Positions 28,949 through 39,266 of a DNA stretch of 64,000 nt are shown here, piece by piece (positions within the stretch are counted from its first letter, which is position 1; each line of letters starts with the position of its first letter). Made by a program: the position numbers and the translations under genes. The DNA comes from Planctomycetota bacterium (lineage in GTDB: Bacteria; Planctomycetota; SZUA-567; H5-PLA8). A model generated the notes under the pieces. The model worked only from the letters and a program-made list of their open reading frames with translations, searched no databases and had not been told where the DNA came from. Where the stretch lies: assembly GCA_038227875.1 (NCBI GenBank), contig JBBRPR010000003.1:197028-261027 (forward strand), in the 5' to 3' direction.

Positions 28949-30112
28949 TTACAGCAGCTTCTTGTTGAACTTCGCCTTGCCGACAGCGTCTTCCATCAGC
29001 TTCTGCATCGTCGCGCCGAAGCGTTCCGACGTGAGCTGGTCTTTGACGGAATTGTTGACCTCGGCGTCGTCGCGCAACTGAGTCAGCTTGAAGACGTGGA
29101 AGCCGAAGGGCGTTTCGACGACCTCCGAGTAGTCGCCGACTTTTTCGATCTTGTAGACGGCGTCGGAAATCGTGTCGAGGGTGTTGGCTTTCTTCGGCAC
29201 GTAACCGATGTCGCCGGCGTTCTGAGCCGACGGCCCGTCGCTCATGCTTTTGGCCAGGCCGGCGAAGTCCGAATTGGGATTCTCGCGCAGCTTCTTCAGC
29301 AGTTCGCCGGAAAGCTTCTGAGCTTCCTCCTTGGTGCGGGCGACCGTTTCCGGCGCGCCCTTCACGCCCTTGTAGGTGAACATGATTTCCGAGACGCGGC
29401 GGCGCGGCACTTCGTCCTTGTGCGCTTCAACCCACTTCTTCACATCGTCTTCGGAGACCGATTGCGCCATCTGGTTTTCAATCGCGACGCTGGAACGCAG
29501 GAAGCGCTGGAAATCGCCGTCGTTGATTCCTGATTCGGTCAGGAACCGGTCGTACCCGCCGCGTTGTTCCTTGGCCAGCTTGAAGCGTTCGAAGACCTGC
29601 TTGTACTTGTCGTCGGGGACGACGAGCTTGTTGTCGGCCGCGTAGAATTCCACGACCGCATTGCCCAGCAGTTTGACGCCGATCTGCTTGCGCAGGGCGG
29701 CCTGTTCGCCAGGCTGGAAATCCCAGGTCGGATCGCGCTTCTTATGCGCCACCCACGCGGCCTTTTCCATCGGCTCGACCGAATCGTACTTGATCTGAAT
29801 CGCTCCCGAGACCAGCAGCACCGTGCCATCGTCCAGCGATTCGGCCGGGATGGAGGCGATGGCTTCTTCGAGCGTCTGGGGCTTTTTCTTTGGCGTTTCG
29901 GCGGAGTCGTCTTTCTTCGGTTCGTCGGCCTTTGGAGCGGGCGCGTCTTTCTTCGCCTCCGTTTTGACTTCCGGAGCTGGCGCCGGGGCCGGAGCGGGGG
30001 CAGGCGGCGCAACCGGTTTGGGCGCGTCTTCCGCGCGTGCCGGAGCGAAGTTCAGCAGCGCCGCCGTACCGATCGTGGCCGCGGTTGCAAGAAGTGTGCG
30101 CTTCAAGTTCAT
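28949..30112 (-). CDS. Exported parvulin (PpiC-type) peptidyl-prolyl isomerase
   Basis: Signal peptide; FAGLAKSMSDGPSAQNAGDIG and SEVVETPFGFHVFK motifs. Confidence 0.85.
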   Translation of the reverse strand: MNLKRTLLATAATIGTAALLNFAPARAEDAPKPVAPPAPAPAPAPAPEVKTEAKKDAPAPKADEPKKDDSAETPKKKPQTLEEAIASIPAESLDDGTVLLVSGAIQIKYDSVEPMEKAAWVAHKKRDPTWDFQPGEQAALRKQIGVKLLGNAVVEFYAADNKLVVPDDKYKQVFERFKLAKEQRGGYDRFLTESGINDGDFQRFLRSSVAIENQMAQSVSEDDVKKWVEAHKDEVPRRRVSEIMFTYKGVKGAPETVARTKEEAQKLSGELLKKLRENPNSDFAGLAKSMSDGPSAQNAGDIGYVPKKANTLDTISDAVYKIEKVGDYSEVVETPFGFHVFKLTQLRDDAEVNNSVKDQLTSERFGATMQKLMEDAVGKAKFNKKLL

Positions 30113-30221
30113 TCGAACAAGCTCTCCAGACAAAGATTAAACTGAACGGACCATCGTACCTTCGGAGGTGCCTGGGCGCAAGGCGCAGGGGCTGTCGCCA
30201 AGCCGCAGAGAACGGATTTTC

Positions 30222-30257
30222 AATCTCACGCAAAGCCGCAAAGACGCAAAGAACGGC
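30222..30257 (+). repeat. CTCACGCAAAGCCGCAAAGACGCAAAGAAC dispersed repeat (REP/MITE-like)
   Basis: Also present as inverted pairs at 59621-59748 and 61758-61912, and as a single reverse copy at 15204-15236. Confidence 0.75.
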
Positions 30258-30368
30258 CGGGGTGGGGTGCTGCTCGTTGCACTCGTATGCGCCTGTGAAT
30301 CTCAAATTCATGAAAGTATTGGAGTGCGCGCGCGTTGATCAAAGAGACAAGGCCTGCAAGGGACGGCT

Positions 30369-30800
30369 ATGAAAACAGCCTGGCGGCGATATTGTCGCAT
30401 TCATCTCAGCACCGCGGTACTGCTCATGATGGTCGCCGGCGGCCTGCTCTGCGCGAACATTCGCGGGCCTCGTTGCACGTATTGGATGTACAAATTCGAT
30501 TCCAAATCGTGGGACGCCATTTGGGGTTCCTACTATGGCTGGCCCGTGTTTGTCAGTGTCAGCTCGGTGGCGGATGCGAGCAACTTCGATTGTGCCAGCG
30601 ACGGAGTATCCCAGCGAGAGAAGCCCCCCTGTATGGTCTTCGCCACATCCGATCATAAATTCTATGGGTTTGGCCTGATTACTGATCTCACCGTCGCCCT
30701 CGCGATCCTGTCCACTGCCGGTATCGCTTCCGAATTCCTAACCCGCCGCACGAAGAAACACCCGCCACAGCCCGAACGCATCGCCCCCCGCTCCTCGTAA
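30369..30800 (+). CDS. Hypothetical membrane protein
   Basis: Two hydrophobic segments; RIHLSTAVLLM and YGWP motifs. Confidence 0.6.
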   Translation: MKTAWRRYCRIHLSTAVLLMMVAGGLLCANIRGPRCTYWMYKFDSKSWDAIWGSYYGWPVFVSVSSVADASNFDCASDGVSQREKPPCMVFATSDHKFYGFGLITDLTVALAILSTAGIASEFLTRRTKKHPPQPERIAPRSS

Positions 30801-30923
30801 ATGAAAAATGACCGATGACTAATGCCCGATGACCAATGACTCCGTTTAGTCCGCTCACTTGACCCCGCCACGAACCAACACTAAAACCCGTTCTGGATTT
30901 TTCGCATCACCAGGAGATCGCAC

Positions 30924-32258
30924 GTGGCCACCGTCAAACCGTTTCCCGCCTTCCGCTACGACACCCAGAAACTCAATACCTCCATGGCCGCGCTCGTCTG
31001 TCCGCCCTACGACGTGATCGACGCCGCGATGCAGGAGGCGCTCTACCAGAAAAGCGGCGCCAACGTCGTCCGCGTGGAATTCGGCAAGACGCAGACCAGC
31101 GACAAGCCCGGTGATGACCGCTACTCCCGCGCCGCCGACACGCTGAAAAAATGGCTCTCCGACGGCACGCTCAAGCAGGACGCCAAGCCCGCCTTCTACC
31201 TCTATGAACAGACCTTCGACATCGCCTCGGGCGGCGCCAGCCGCAGCAAAGTCGTCGTGCGCCGCGGCATCTTCGGCTCGGTGAAGCTTGAACCCTTCGG
31301 TACCGGCTGCGTCTTCCCGCACGAAGAAACCTTCGGCGGCCCCAAGGCCGACCGCTTGAATTTGATGCGCGCCTGCTCGGCCAATCTCTCGCCGGTCTTC
31401 GGTCTCGTCCCCGATGAAGATGCGTCGCTGACCAAGCTGATGGAACAGGGCGTCACCTTGAAGAAGCCCGACGTCGAGCTGACCGAAGAAAATGGCGTGA
31501 TCAACCGCCTCTGGGTGATCGACGACGCGAAGTGGTGCGCCGCGATGTCCGACCGGCTGGCCGGCAAGAACGTGTTCATCGCCGACGGCCACCACCGCTA
31601 TGAAACCTCCTGCAACTACCGCGACGAACGCCGCGCTGCCGACAACGACACTGATGGCAAGCAGGGCCGCGAGTACGAAGGCACGCTGATGATGTGCGTG
31701 GCGATGAGCGACCCCGGCTTGTACATCCTTCCGACGCACCGCCTGATCCAAGACGCGCCCGGCCTCTCCAAAGACGCGTTCCTCCGCGACGCCGCCGCGC
31801 TCTTCGACATCCACGACGCCTCCGAACAGGAACTGCTCCAACTGGCCGAAGAAGAAAAAGGCCCCGTGCGCATCGGCGTGATTTTCAAGGACGGCAGCCG
31901 CAAGATCGTCAGCGTCAAAGCCGCCGCCGCCGAAGCGATGAAGCGCGCGCAGCCGGCCAAGTCGGACGCGTGGCGCGGCCTGGACGTCTCCGTGCTGCAG
32001 GAGCTGGTGCTCAAAGGCATCCTGCGCCTGAGCGAAGAAAAAGTGCTGCGCAAGGAAGGCGTGAGCTACACGCCCGACACGCGCAACGCGCTGAACAAGG
32101 TCACCGCCAAAGACGGCGGCTACGTGATGGGCTTCATCCTGCGCCCCACCTCGATCGAACAAGTCCGCGACGTCGCCACCGGCGGCGAGAAGATGCCGCA
32201 GAAGTCGACGTACTTCTACCCGAAGCTGCTGACCGGCCTGGTGATCCGCAAGATCTAG
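30924..32258 (+). CDS. DUF1015 family protein
   Basis: PPYDVI, PHEET, IADGHHRYE and MPQKSTYFYPKL motifs. Confidence 0.92.
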   Translation: MATVKPFPAFRYDTQKLNTSMAALVCPPYDVIDAAMQEALYQKSGANVVRVEFGKTQTSDKPGDDRYSRAADTLKKWLSDGTLKQDAKPAFYLYEQTFDIASGGASRSKVVVRRGIFGSVKLEPFGTGCVFPHEETFGGPKADRLNLMRACSANLSPVFGLVPDEDASLTKLMEQGVTLKKPDVELTEENGVINRLWVIDDAKWCAAMSDRLAGKNVFIADGHHRYETSCNYRDERRAADNDTDGKQGREYEGTLMMCVAMSDPGLYILPTHRLIQDAPGLSKDAFLRDAAALFDIHDASEQELLQLAEEEKGPVRIGVIFKDGSRKIVSVKAAAAEAMKRAQPAKSDAWRGLDVSVLQELVLKGILRLSEEKVLRKEGVSYTPDTRNALNKVTAKDGGYVMGFILRPTSIEQVRDVATGGEKMPQKSTYFYPKLLTGLVIRKI

Positions 32259-32520
32259 TACGGAGTCATTGGGCATTTTTCATTCGAGGGCGGAGGATAC
32301 GATCAGCCGGTCGTATCGCCCGCTCTCCGTAAAGCAGCGCGTGGACCAGTCGAGAGCGCCACCGCGCTTGCAACTTGGACCGTCACGCGCCCTCTTGCAA
32401 TTTGGATCGTAGCTGCGTGCCGCTGGTGGCTCGCCCACCAGTGCCGCGCTCGCAACAAAAGGCTGTTGGTTCGTGAGGCTTCATCGCGTAGCACGAAAGC
32501 CCATTCGAGTAGCATTCGCT

Positions 32521-32640
32521 CATTCGTGCTCATTCACGCTCATTCCTGCTCAAACACGCTCATTTTGAATCATTCCTGCTCATTCGCGCTCATTTGCTAT
32601 CAAACGCGCTCATTCCTGCTCAAATTAGCTCATTCGCCAG
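32521..32640. repeat. Tandem array of 12 degenerate 10-mers (CATTCNYGCT)
   Basis: CATTCGTGCT CATTCACGCT CATTCCTGCT CAAACACGCT ..., exact 10-bp period. Confidence 0.85.
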
Positions 32641-32946
32641 ATTTCCCTTGATTTTCAGTGTCGAGAGTTGCTTTATATATAAGGACACTTTCCGCACGAC
32701 GAAGCACCTCGCCTCCGCGTGAGAAAAGCCAAAACCCCTGCACGCTATCTGATCGCCGTACCGACCACTTTTAGCCGGACAGAATCCGAACTCATCATCA
32801 CACCCTGCACCACGAGGCCACCATGAACACACGGGACGCCCCCAACCGACCACTTTTAGCCGGACGGAGTCTTCAGACCCAACTACCCACGTTTCCGCCC
32901 AAGAGCCCAGCGCACGCCGTGCACCTATGACGTGCCACCCACCGCT

Positions 32947-32974
32947 GTAACATTTGGTAACATTCGGTAACATG
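32947..32974 (+). promoter_or_regulatory. Triple direct repeat GTAACA with 10-bp period
   Basis: GTAACATTTG GTAACATTCG GTAACATG, 77 nt before the kinase start; matches 3318-3345. Confidence 0.5.
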
Positions 32975-33050
32975 TTGAGCGCGCACCTGAAATTGTGTAG
33001 TATTAAGCACCTAGTTAGAATTCAGCCAGCCTTGGACCGGTATTTTAACC

Positions 33051-36000
33051 ATGAATGCCCCCGCAGATAGCAATCCGACCAGCGGTGAAACCAAGGCGCG
33101 CGAGCACTATCGCAAGGCGCTGGAAGACACCATCCAGGAAGACAATTTCTCGGCCGATGCCACCCGCGCCCGCATGGCCCGCTTTGCGCGCCGCGAAGGC
33201 GGGCCCTCCAAGCATACCCTCGCCACCATGTCCGGCACACAGGAGAGCGTCAGCGCGCGCGATCCGGATTTCCGGCCGCGACTCACGCGGTTGCAAAATC
33301 CCGGCAAGATCAACGACCGCGAGAAACGCTACGAACTCGGTGCAGTCCTCGGGCGCGGCGGTTCCGGCCAGATCTTCGCGGCGCGCGATCTGACGCTCAA
33401 CCGCGACGTCGCGATCAAGGTGCTCTATCCCGACATCGCGACCAATCCCGTGCGTCTCGAACGGTTCATCAACGAAGCCCGCATCACCGCCAAGCTCGAA
33501 CACCCCTACATCCTGCCCGTCTACGATCTGGAAGTGCCCGAAAACGGCGACGCCTACTTCTCGATGCGCGTGGCCAACGGGCTATCGCTGGGCGAAGCAC
33601 TGCGCAAAGCCTCCACCGAAGAAACGCCCCCCTTCCAGATCGCCACGATCCGCGACCGCATCACCGTCTTCCTCAAGGTCCTCGACGCGCTGGGATTCGC
33701 GCACAGCAAGGGCGTGATCCACCAGGACATCAAGCCCGACAACATCATGCTCGGCAACTTCGGAGAAGTGCTCGTCGTCGACTGGGGCACGGCCATCGCA
33801 CGCGAAGCCGGCAGCGGCGGCAACGAACGCCTGATCGGCACGCCGGCGTACATGTCGCCCGAGCAGGCCCGCCGCGAACGCGCCGACGAACGCAGCGACG
33901 TCTATGGGCTCTGCGCGACCTTCTTTCAGATGCTCACGCTGCGCCACCCGACGTGGGAATCCGATCCCGATGCGTTCTGGACCAAGAAACGCGAAGGCAT
34001 CGTCGATCCCCCGACGCCCGAAGAGCGCGTGCGCATCCCCGGCCCGCTGCTGGATCTGACGCTTAAAGGACTGGCGGCCAACCCGGCCGACCGTTACCAG
34101 AGCGTCGACGAGTTGCGCGCGGCGCTCCAGGAATACCTGCAGCATGCCGAGAGCATCACGCTGCAGGTCAGCGCGCAGGACTCGCTGAACACGGCTGTCG
34201 AAACGCAGGACTACGCGCACTTCAACCAGGCTCTGTTTGGTTTTCAGGAAGCGCTGAAGCTCTGGGCGCACAACTCCTACGCGGCGCGGGGCATCTCCGA
34301 GACGCAGTTGCGCTACAGCGAATGCGCGCTGGCCAAGGGCGATCTGGAACTGGCCGCGTCGTCGCTGAATCCGGCCGACCCGCATCACGCCGCCGCGCTG
34401 CAGAGTGTCGCGCAGGTCCGCGCGCGCCGCGGCGTCGTCCGCCGCCGCGTGCGCCAGGTTCAGGCCGCGGCCGGGGCGCTGGTGGTGGTGCTGATCGCGT
34501 TCATGGGCTACTACACCATCGACTACTTCCGCTACTTCGGTCAGTGGAAGGTGGTCTTCAACCAGGATTTCACCAAGCCCGAAGCGGACATGAATTCGCT
34601 CTTCATCTCCGACACGAACAACTGGGAAAAAGAAGGGCCGGCGCCTGAACGCGGCGCGCAGGGCCTGGAGATCAAGCCCGGCACTCTGGGCTGGCTGCGC
34701 GATCTGCGCCTCCACGGCGACATGCGCATCGAGGCGCAGGTTCGCTGGCCGGGCGGCATCGACGGCTTTGAACTCTTCCTGAATGCGTCCAAGACCATGG
34801 AAGGCTCGCAGTACCTCTCGCCGGCCGGGCACATCTGCCAGTTCGGCGGCTACAGCAACACGCTCAACTTCATCGCGCCACAGGAGCACTGTGGGACAAT
34901 CAGCCGCGCGGGCGCCGTCTCGTACGAATTCACGTCCGGGCAGGTCTACCGCCTGGCCTTCGAACGCGAAGAGGAAGACTTGAGCATCTGGGTGGACGGC
35001 AAGCTGTTGCGCCGCCATCTCCAACTGCTGCCGGTGACGCGCACGGGCTTTGATTACCTCGGCTTCCGCACGTGGGCTCCGGTGGAAATCTTAAGCCTCA
35101 CCGTTTCGCGCAAAACCATCCCCGAAAAATCCAGCCCGCTGGTCGCCGGCGACGCGCTCTATGTCGACGGCCATCACGAGGAGGCGTTGCGCGTCTACCG
35201 CGAATTGTCCATCGACTTCGCCGGCAAGCAGATCGGCGAGCAGGCGCTGGCCCGCGCGTACCTGATGACCTACGCCAACGCCGACATCCCCAAGGTCGTC
35301 GACATCCGCGCGCAGCTTAAAAAAGAGATGCTCGATCAGTATCCCAAGTCGGCCTACTGGAGCGAGATCTTTGAAGCCGACTGCGTCGCGGCCTGGCGCG
35401 CGAAGCGCTTTTCCGATTCGCTCAGCCTGCTCCCGGTGATCTTCCAGCGCGATCCGGATACACGCGTGATCCTGCATTTGCTCGAAGAGCGGCACGGCGA
35501 ATTGCCGCCCGACGTCGGCCAGTCGATCCTCGGCTGGGCCGCGCAGACGCGCAACACCTACTACCTCTATCTCGACAACCTGGGGCTCAGGTCGCTGGAT
35601 CCGATCGCCAGCATGAAGCTCACCCGCATCGATGTTGCCGGCAACGCGCTGACCACCCTCCAGCCGCTGTCCGGCATGCCGCTGAAGGCGCTGGGCTGCG
35701 CCAGCAACCAGCTCAAGGACCTGGAACCGCTGCGCGGCATGTCGCTGCACCAGCTGACCTGCCAGGACAACCACATCTCCAGTCTCGACCCGCTGCGGGG
35801 CATGAGTCAACTCTGGAAGCTGGACTTCAGCGATAACGTGGTCACCTCGCTGGAACCGCTCCACGGCCTGCATCTTGCATCGCTGATCGCGCAGAACAAC
35901 AAGCTCACCGCGCTCACCCCGCTGGTTGGCGTGCCGCTGGAGCATCTGCGGCTGTCCGGCAATGCGATTGTCGATCTCTCGCCGCTCCAGGGGCTGCCGC

Positions 36001-37025
36001 TCAACCACCTGGAACTGGACCACAACCAGATCGTCTCCATCGAAGCGCTGCGCGGGATGAAACTGCAGTTCCTCCACTGTGGTTTCAACAGCATCGCCGA
36101 CATCGGCGCGCTGGAAGGCATGCCGCTGTACGACTTCGCGGCGGAAAATAACGTGATCGTCAACCTGGCTCCGCTCCACGCCTCGACGGTGAAGGTGCTG
36201 AACCTCAACTTTAACACGGTGGCCAGCATCGAACCCTTGCGCGGCCTGAAACTCAACGCGCTGGCCATCGCCGGCAACGCGGTATCCGACCTGAGCCCAC
36301 TCCAGAGCCAGCCCATCGCGACGCTGAATCTCGATTCCAATCCCATCGCCAGCCTCGAGCCGCTCCGCGGCATGCCGCTGGGCAGCCTCACCGCGCAGAA
36401 CACCAAGGTCGAAGACATTTCGCCGCTGGCCGACTCCCGCATCAGCAGCCTCACGCTCCGCGGCACCAACGTCAGCAAAGTGGATGTCTTCTCCGGCAAG
36501 CCGCCGGCGGTGCTGGTGCTCGATTGGGAGAAAGTGGACGAGGCCGAATTCGAACGGCTGATGAAAAAGTGGGCCCCGGCGCTCAACACTTCCGATCCCA
36601 AGAGCATCCCGCGCATGCGCGTGGCCCGCCTGGTGCGCACACAGCAATTCGATCAGCTCAAGGCACACGCGGCCGAATTCCGCGGTCATCACTACCTGGT
36701 GATCCCCTTGCGCCTCAAGTACGAGGAAGCGGCCGCGATCGCACAGAAAGTCGGAGGGCATCTGGCCACCATCGCCGATGCTGAGGAACAGTCTTTCATG
36801 GCGACCCTGATGAAACCCGGGGAAGACGTCTGGCTGGGGTTGAATCTCGCCCAGGCCGCCAACACCTGGACCAACGGCGAACCCTTGACCTTCCGCGCCG
36901 ACCGCGGCGTGCGTGGCAAAACAGGAATGGGCGTGCTGTTCATGTTCGGCAATGAGCCGGCATGGATCTATTACGGACCGGAAATGGGACTGGATGTCAT
37001 GTCGATTATTGAATGGGATAATTGA
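33051..37025 (+). CDS. Transmembrane Ser/Thr kinase with beta-sandwich, TPR-like, LRR and C-type lectin domains
   Basis: GRGGSG, VAIK, HQDIKPDN, DWG and GTPAYMSPEQ; one TM; many LxPLxGMxL..L....N LRRs; C-terminal FRGHHY...GGHLATI...VWLG...WTNGEP lectin fold. Confidence 0.9.
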   Translation: MNAPADSNPTSGETKAREHYRKALEDTIQEDNFSADATRARMARFARREGGPSKHTLATMSGTQESVSARDPDFRPRLTRLQNPGKINDREKRYELGAVLGRGGSGQIFAARDLTLNRDVAIKVLYPDIATNPVRLERFINEARITAKLEHPYILPVYDLEVPENGDAYFSMRVANGLSLGEALRKASTEETPPFQIATIRDRITVFLKVLDALGFAHSKGVIHQDIKPDNIMLGNFGEVLVVDWGTAIAREAGSGGNERLIGTPAYMSPEQARRERADERSDVYGLCATFFQMLTLRHPTWESDPDAFWTKKREGIVDPPTPEERVRIPGPLLDLTLKGLAANPADRYQSVDELRAALQEYLQHAESITLQVSAQDSLNTAVETQDYAHFNQALFGFQEALKLWAHNSYAARGISETQLRYSECALAKGDLELAASSLNPADPHHAAALQSVAQVRARRGVVRRRVRQVQAAAGALVVVLIAFMGYYTIDYFRYFGQWKVVFNQDFTKPEADMNSLFISDTNNWEKEGPAPERGAQGLEIKPGTLGWLRDLRLHGDMRIEAQVRWPGGIDGFELFLNASKTMEGSQYLSPAGHICQFGGYSNTLNFIAPQEHCGTISRAGAVSYEFTSGQVYRLAFEREEEDLSIWVDGKLLRRHLQLLPVTRTGFDYLGFRTWAPVEILSLTVSRKTIPEKSSPLVAGDALYVDGHHEEALRVYRELSIDFAGKQIGEQALARAYLMTYANADIPKVVDIRAQLKKEMLDQYPKSAYWSEIFEADCVAAWRAKRFSDSLSLLPVIFQRDPDTRVILHLLEERHGELPPDVGQSILGWAAQTRNTYYLYLDNLGLRSLDPIASMKLTRIDVAGNALTTLQPLSGMPLKALGCASNQLKDLEPLRGMSLHQLTCQDNHISSLDPLRGMSQLWKLDFSDNVVTSLEPLHGLHLASLIAQNNKLTALTPLVGVPLEHLRLSGNAIVDLSPLQGLPLNHLELDHNQIVSIEALRGMKLQFLHCGFNSIADIGALEGMPLYDFAAENNVIVNLAPLHASTVKVLNLNFNTVASIEPLRGLKLNALAIAGNAVSDLSPLQSQPIATLNLDSNPIASLEPLRGMPLGSLTAQNTKVEDISPLADSRISSLTLRGTNVSKVDVFSGKPPAVLVLDWEKVDEAEFERLMKKWAPALNTSDPKSIPRMRVARLVRTQQFDQLKAHAAEFRGHHYLVIPLRLKYEEAAAIAQKVGGHLATIADAEEQSFMATLMKPGEDVWLGLNLAQAANTWTNGEPLTFRADRGVRGKTGMGVLFMFGNEPAWIYYGPEMGLDVMSIIEWDN

Positions 37026-37038
37026 GCGGGCACCCACC

Positions 37039-37950
37039 ATGAACGACACCACTCCTCCCGCTCCCAACTGGCAAGAGCGGACCATCGATGACGATAAGCC
37101 CATCCAGGACTCACTGGTCACCGGGCTCTACCTGCTGGTGGTCCATGGCGATGAAACCGGCCGCCGCTACCGCCTCAATCCCGAAGACGTCCTCACCCTC
37201 GGCCGCTCCGCCGACGCCACCATCGTGATCAACGACAACCGCATCTCCGGCATCCACTGCAAAGTCGTGCGCACCGCGGTGGGAGTTCACGTTGAGGACA
37301 ATAATTCGCGCAACGGCACGTACATCGACGACAGGCGCATCGAAAAAGCGCCGCTCAACATGAACGGCCAGTTGCGCCTGGGCCGCACCGTGATGCGGCT
37401 GGAGATGAAGTCCGACGAAGAGATCGCCCGCGAGGAGGAACTGTTCAAGGCGGCCACCACCGACCCGCTCACCCGCATCCCCAACCGCCGCTGGTTCACC
37501 GAACGGGCCACCGACGAGATTGAATTTTCGCGCCGCCACCAGCGCCCGCTCTGCGTGGTGATGCTCGATGTCGATCACTTCAAGAAGATCAACGACACCT
37601 ACGGCCACCCCATCGGAGATCTGGTGCTCTCCGCGCTGGCCGGCGTGCTCCACGAACAAAAGCGCACCGAGGACCTGCTCTGCCGCTACGGCGGGGAGGA
37701 GTTCATCCTGCTGCTGCGCGAGACGCAGTTGCCGCAGGCCGAAGTCTTCTGCAACCGCCTCCGCACCGCGGTGGAAAGCTTCGCGTTCCGCTGGGGCGAG
37801 GTGAAAGTACCGGTGACCGTCTCGATGGGTGTTGCCGCCTACCGCACCGACGATGCCCTGGAGAGCCTGATCCGCCGCGCCGACGAAGCACTGTATGGTG
37901 CCAAGCAGAACGGGCGAAATCGGGTGTACTGTGAAAAGAACAGTGGCTAA
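37039..37950 (+). CDS. FHA-domain diguanylate cyclase
   Basis: LGRS, ISGIH and SRNGT FHA motifs; RTED I-site and RYGGEEF. Confidence 0.92.
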   Translation: MNDTTPPAPNWQERTIDDDKPIQDSLVTGLYLLVVHGDETGRRYRLNPEDVLTLGRSADATIVINDNRISGIHCKVVRTAVGVHVEDNNSRNGTYIDDRRIEKAPLNMNGQLRLGRTVMRLEMKSDEEIAREEELFKAATTDPLTRIPNRRWFTERATDEIEFSRRHQRPLCVVMLDVDHFKKINDTYGHPIGDLVLSALAGVLHEQKRTEDLLCRYGGEEFILLLRETQLPQAEVFCNRLRTAVESFAFRWGEVKVPVTVSMGVAAYRTDDALESLIRRADEALYGAKQNGRNRVYCEKNSG

Positions 37951-38146
37951 AAAGACCCTCTAAAAGCGGCGAAGATTTAGTCGCATAATTTGACAGTGGA
38001 CTGTATATAGAACACGCAAAGCATTACACTGTAAATACTTGTGTTAATTACCGCGCATTTTTCCATTTTTAAATGGTTTTCGCCGCAATTTACCGCATTC
38101 TCTACCGTCATCGTTGTAGATAGTGCACCAGTTCTGGAGCGCATAA

Positions 38147-38617
38147 ATGGATACTGAAACGACTCTCACCGCGTTGGATATCCTTACTCAAGCCGCGCCG
38201 AGTGAATGGTTGAAAGTCGAAATCGAATACGGCGTCGAATCCATTGCGCTGGTCCGCTGCAGCGGACAGGTCTGTGCTGCCACCGCAGGGAAGCTTTCCG
38301 CAGCCATCGACGCGGCCGTCAAATGCGACTACACCACCGTCATCTTCGACTTCACGTACTGCATCTGCGACAACGCGGCCGTGGAGCAGGTGTTCGCCAG
38401 CGCCCTCCAGAAGAACGTCACCGCGCTCAGCACCACGTTGATCTCCAGGATGGCCAGCTTCTGGGGCTGCACGCTCGCCCAATCCTTCCGCAAACTGACC
38501 CACCGCCCTGCGTTCGTGAACAAGCTCGACGACGGCCGGCCGATGCAGCCGCCGATGAAATCCGATCCCAACATGGTGGCCGCCGTGCTGCCTGAGGTGC
38601 TCGAGGAGAGTGTTTGA
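38147..38617 (+). CDS. Hypothetical Cys-rich STAS-like protein (paralog 1)
   Basis: ALVRCSGQV and VIFDFTYCICD; similar to 38707-39198. Confidence 0.65.
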   Translation: MDTETTLTALDILTQAAPSEWLKVEIEYGVESIALVRCSGQVCAATAGKLSAAIDAAVKCDYTTVIFDFTYCICDNAAVEQVFASALQKNVTALSTTLISRMASFWGCTLAQSFRKLTHRPAFVNKLDDGRPMQPPMKSDPNMVAAVLPEVLEESV

Positions 38618-38706
38618 AGGTTCACCCGGAATTCTCAAACAAAAGTTGTCCCCGTATGCCTTCCCTTAGCGCAATGAGACACACTAGTGCGCTTGAGGCT
38701 CGTTGA

Positions 38707-39198
38707 ATGGACCCATTGACCACCATCACCCCACTCGATTTCCTGACGCGCGGCTTGCACGACGGGAAGCTGAGCGTCTCGATCGAATTCGGCCTGGAAT
38801 CCATCGCGCTCGTCCGCTGCTGCGGGGACGTGAGCGACGCGACGCTGCCGCAGCTCAATGCCGCCATCGAGAGCGCCGCCAAGTGCGATTACTCGACGAT
38901 CATCTTCGACTTTACGTATTGCTACTGCGATGAGCGGACGCTGAAGGAGCTCTTCAACGGCGCGATGGAACGCAGCGTGACCGTGGTGAGCACCACGATG
39001 ATCACGAAGATGGCCGGCTACTGGAACTGTTCGGTGTCGCGCGCGTTTCGCAAGCTCACCGGCCGCTCCGCACCGGCCGACAAAATCAGTGTGCTCGACA
39101 ACGGCCAGCCGATGCATCCGCCGGCGCAGTCGGATCCGAATCTGCAGGCCGTTTCGGCCGCGCCGGTTCCTGAAACAAATTCGACAGTGGGTGGGTGA
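38707..39198 (+). CDS. Hypothetical Cys-rich STAS-like protein (paralog 2)
   Basis: ALVRCCGDV and IIFDFTYCYCD; similar to 38147-38617. Confidence 0.65.
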   Translation: MDPLTTITPLDFLTRGLHDGKLSVSIEFGLESIALVRCCGDVSDATLPQLNAAIESAAKCDYSTIIFDFTYCYCDERTLKELFNGAMERSVTVVSTTMITKMAGYWNCSVSRAFRKLTGRSAPADKISVLDNGQPMHPPAQSDPNLQAVSAAPVPETNSTVGG

Positions 39199-39266
39199 AG
39201 GGGTTGCGGCGGTGAGGCTGGCGGGCTCGACCTGTCCGCCAACACATCGCCAAAACCCCGTCCTCC

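Noticed and set aside
32521..32865. Possible CRISPR array
   Set aside because: The 10-mers have no spacers, the 20-bp repeat has only two local copies, and no cas genes are present.
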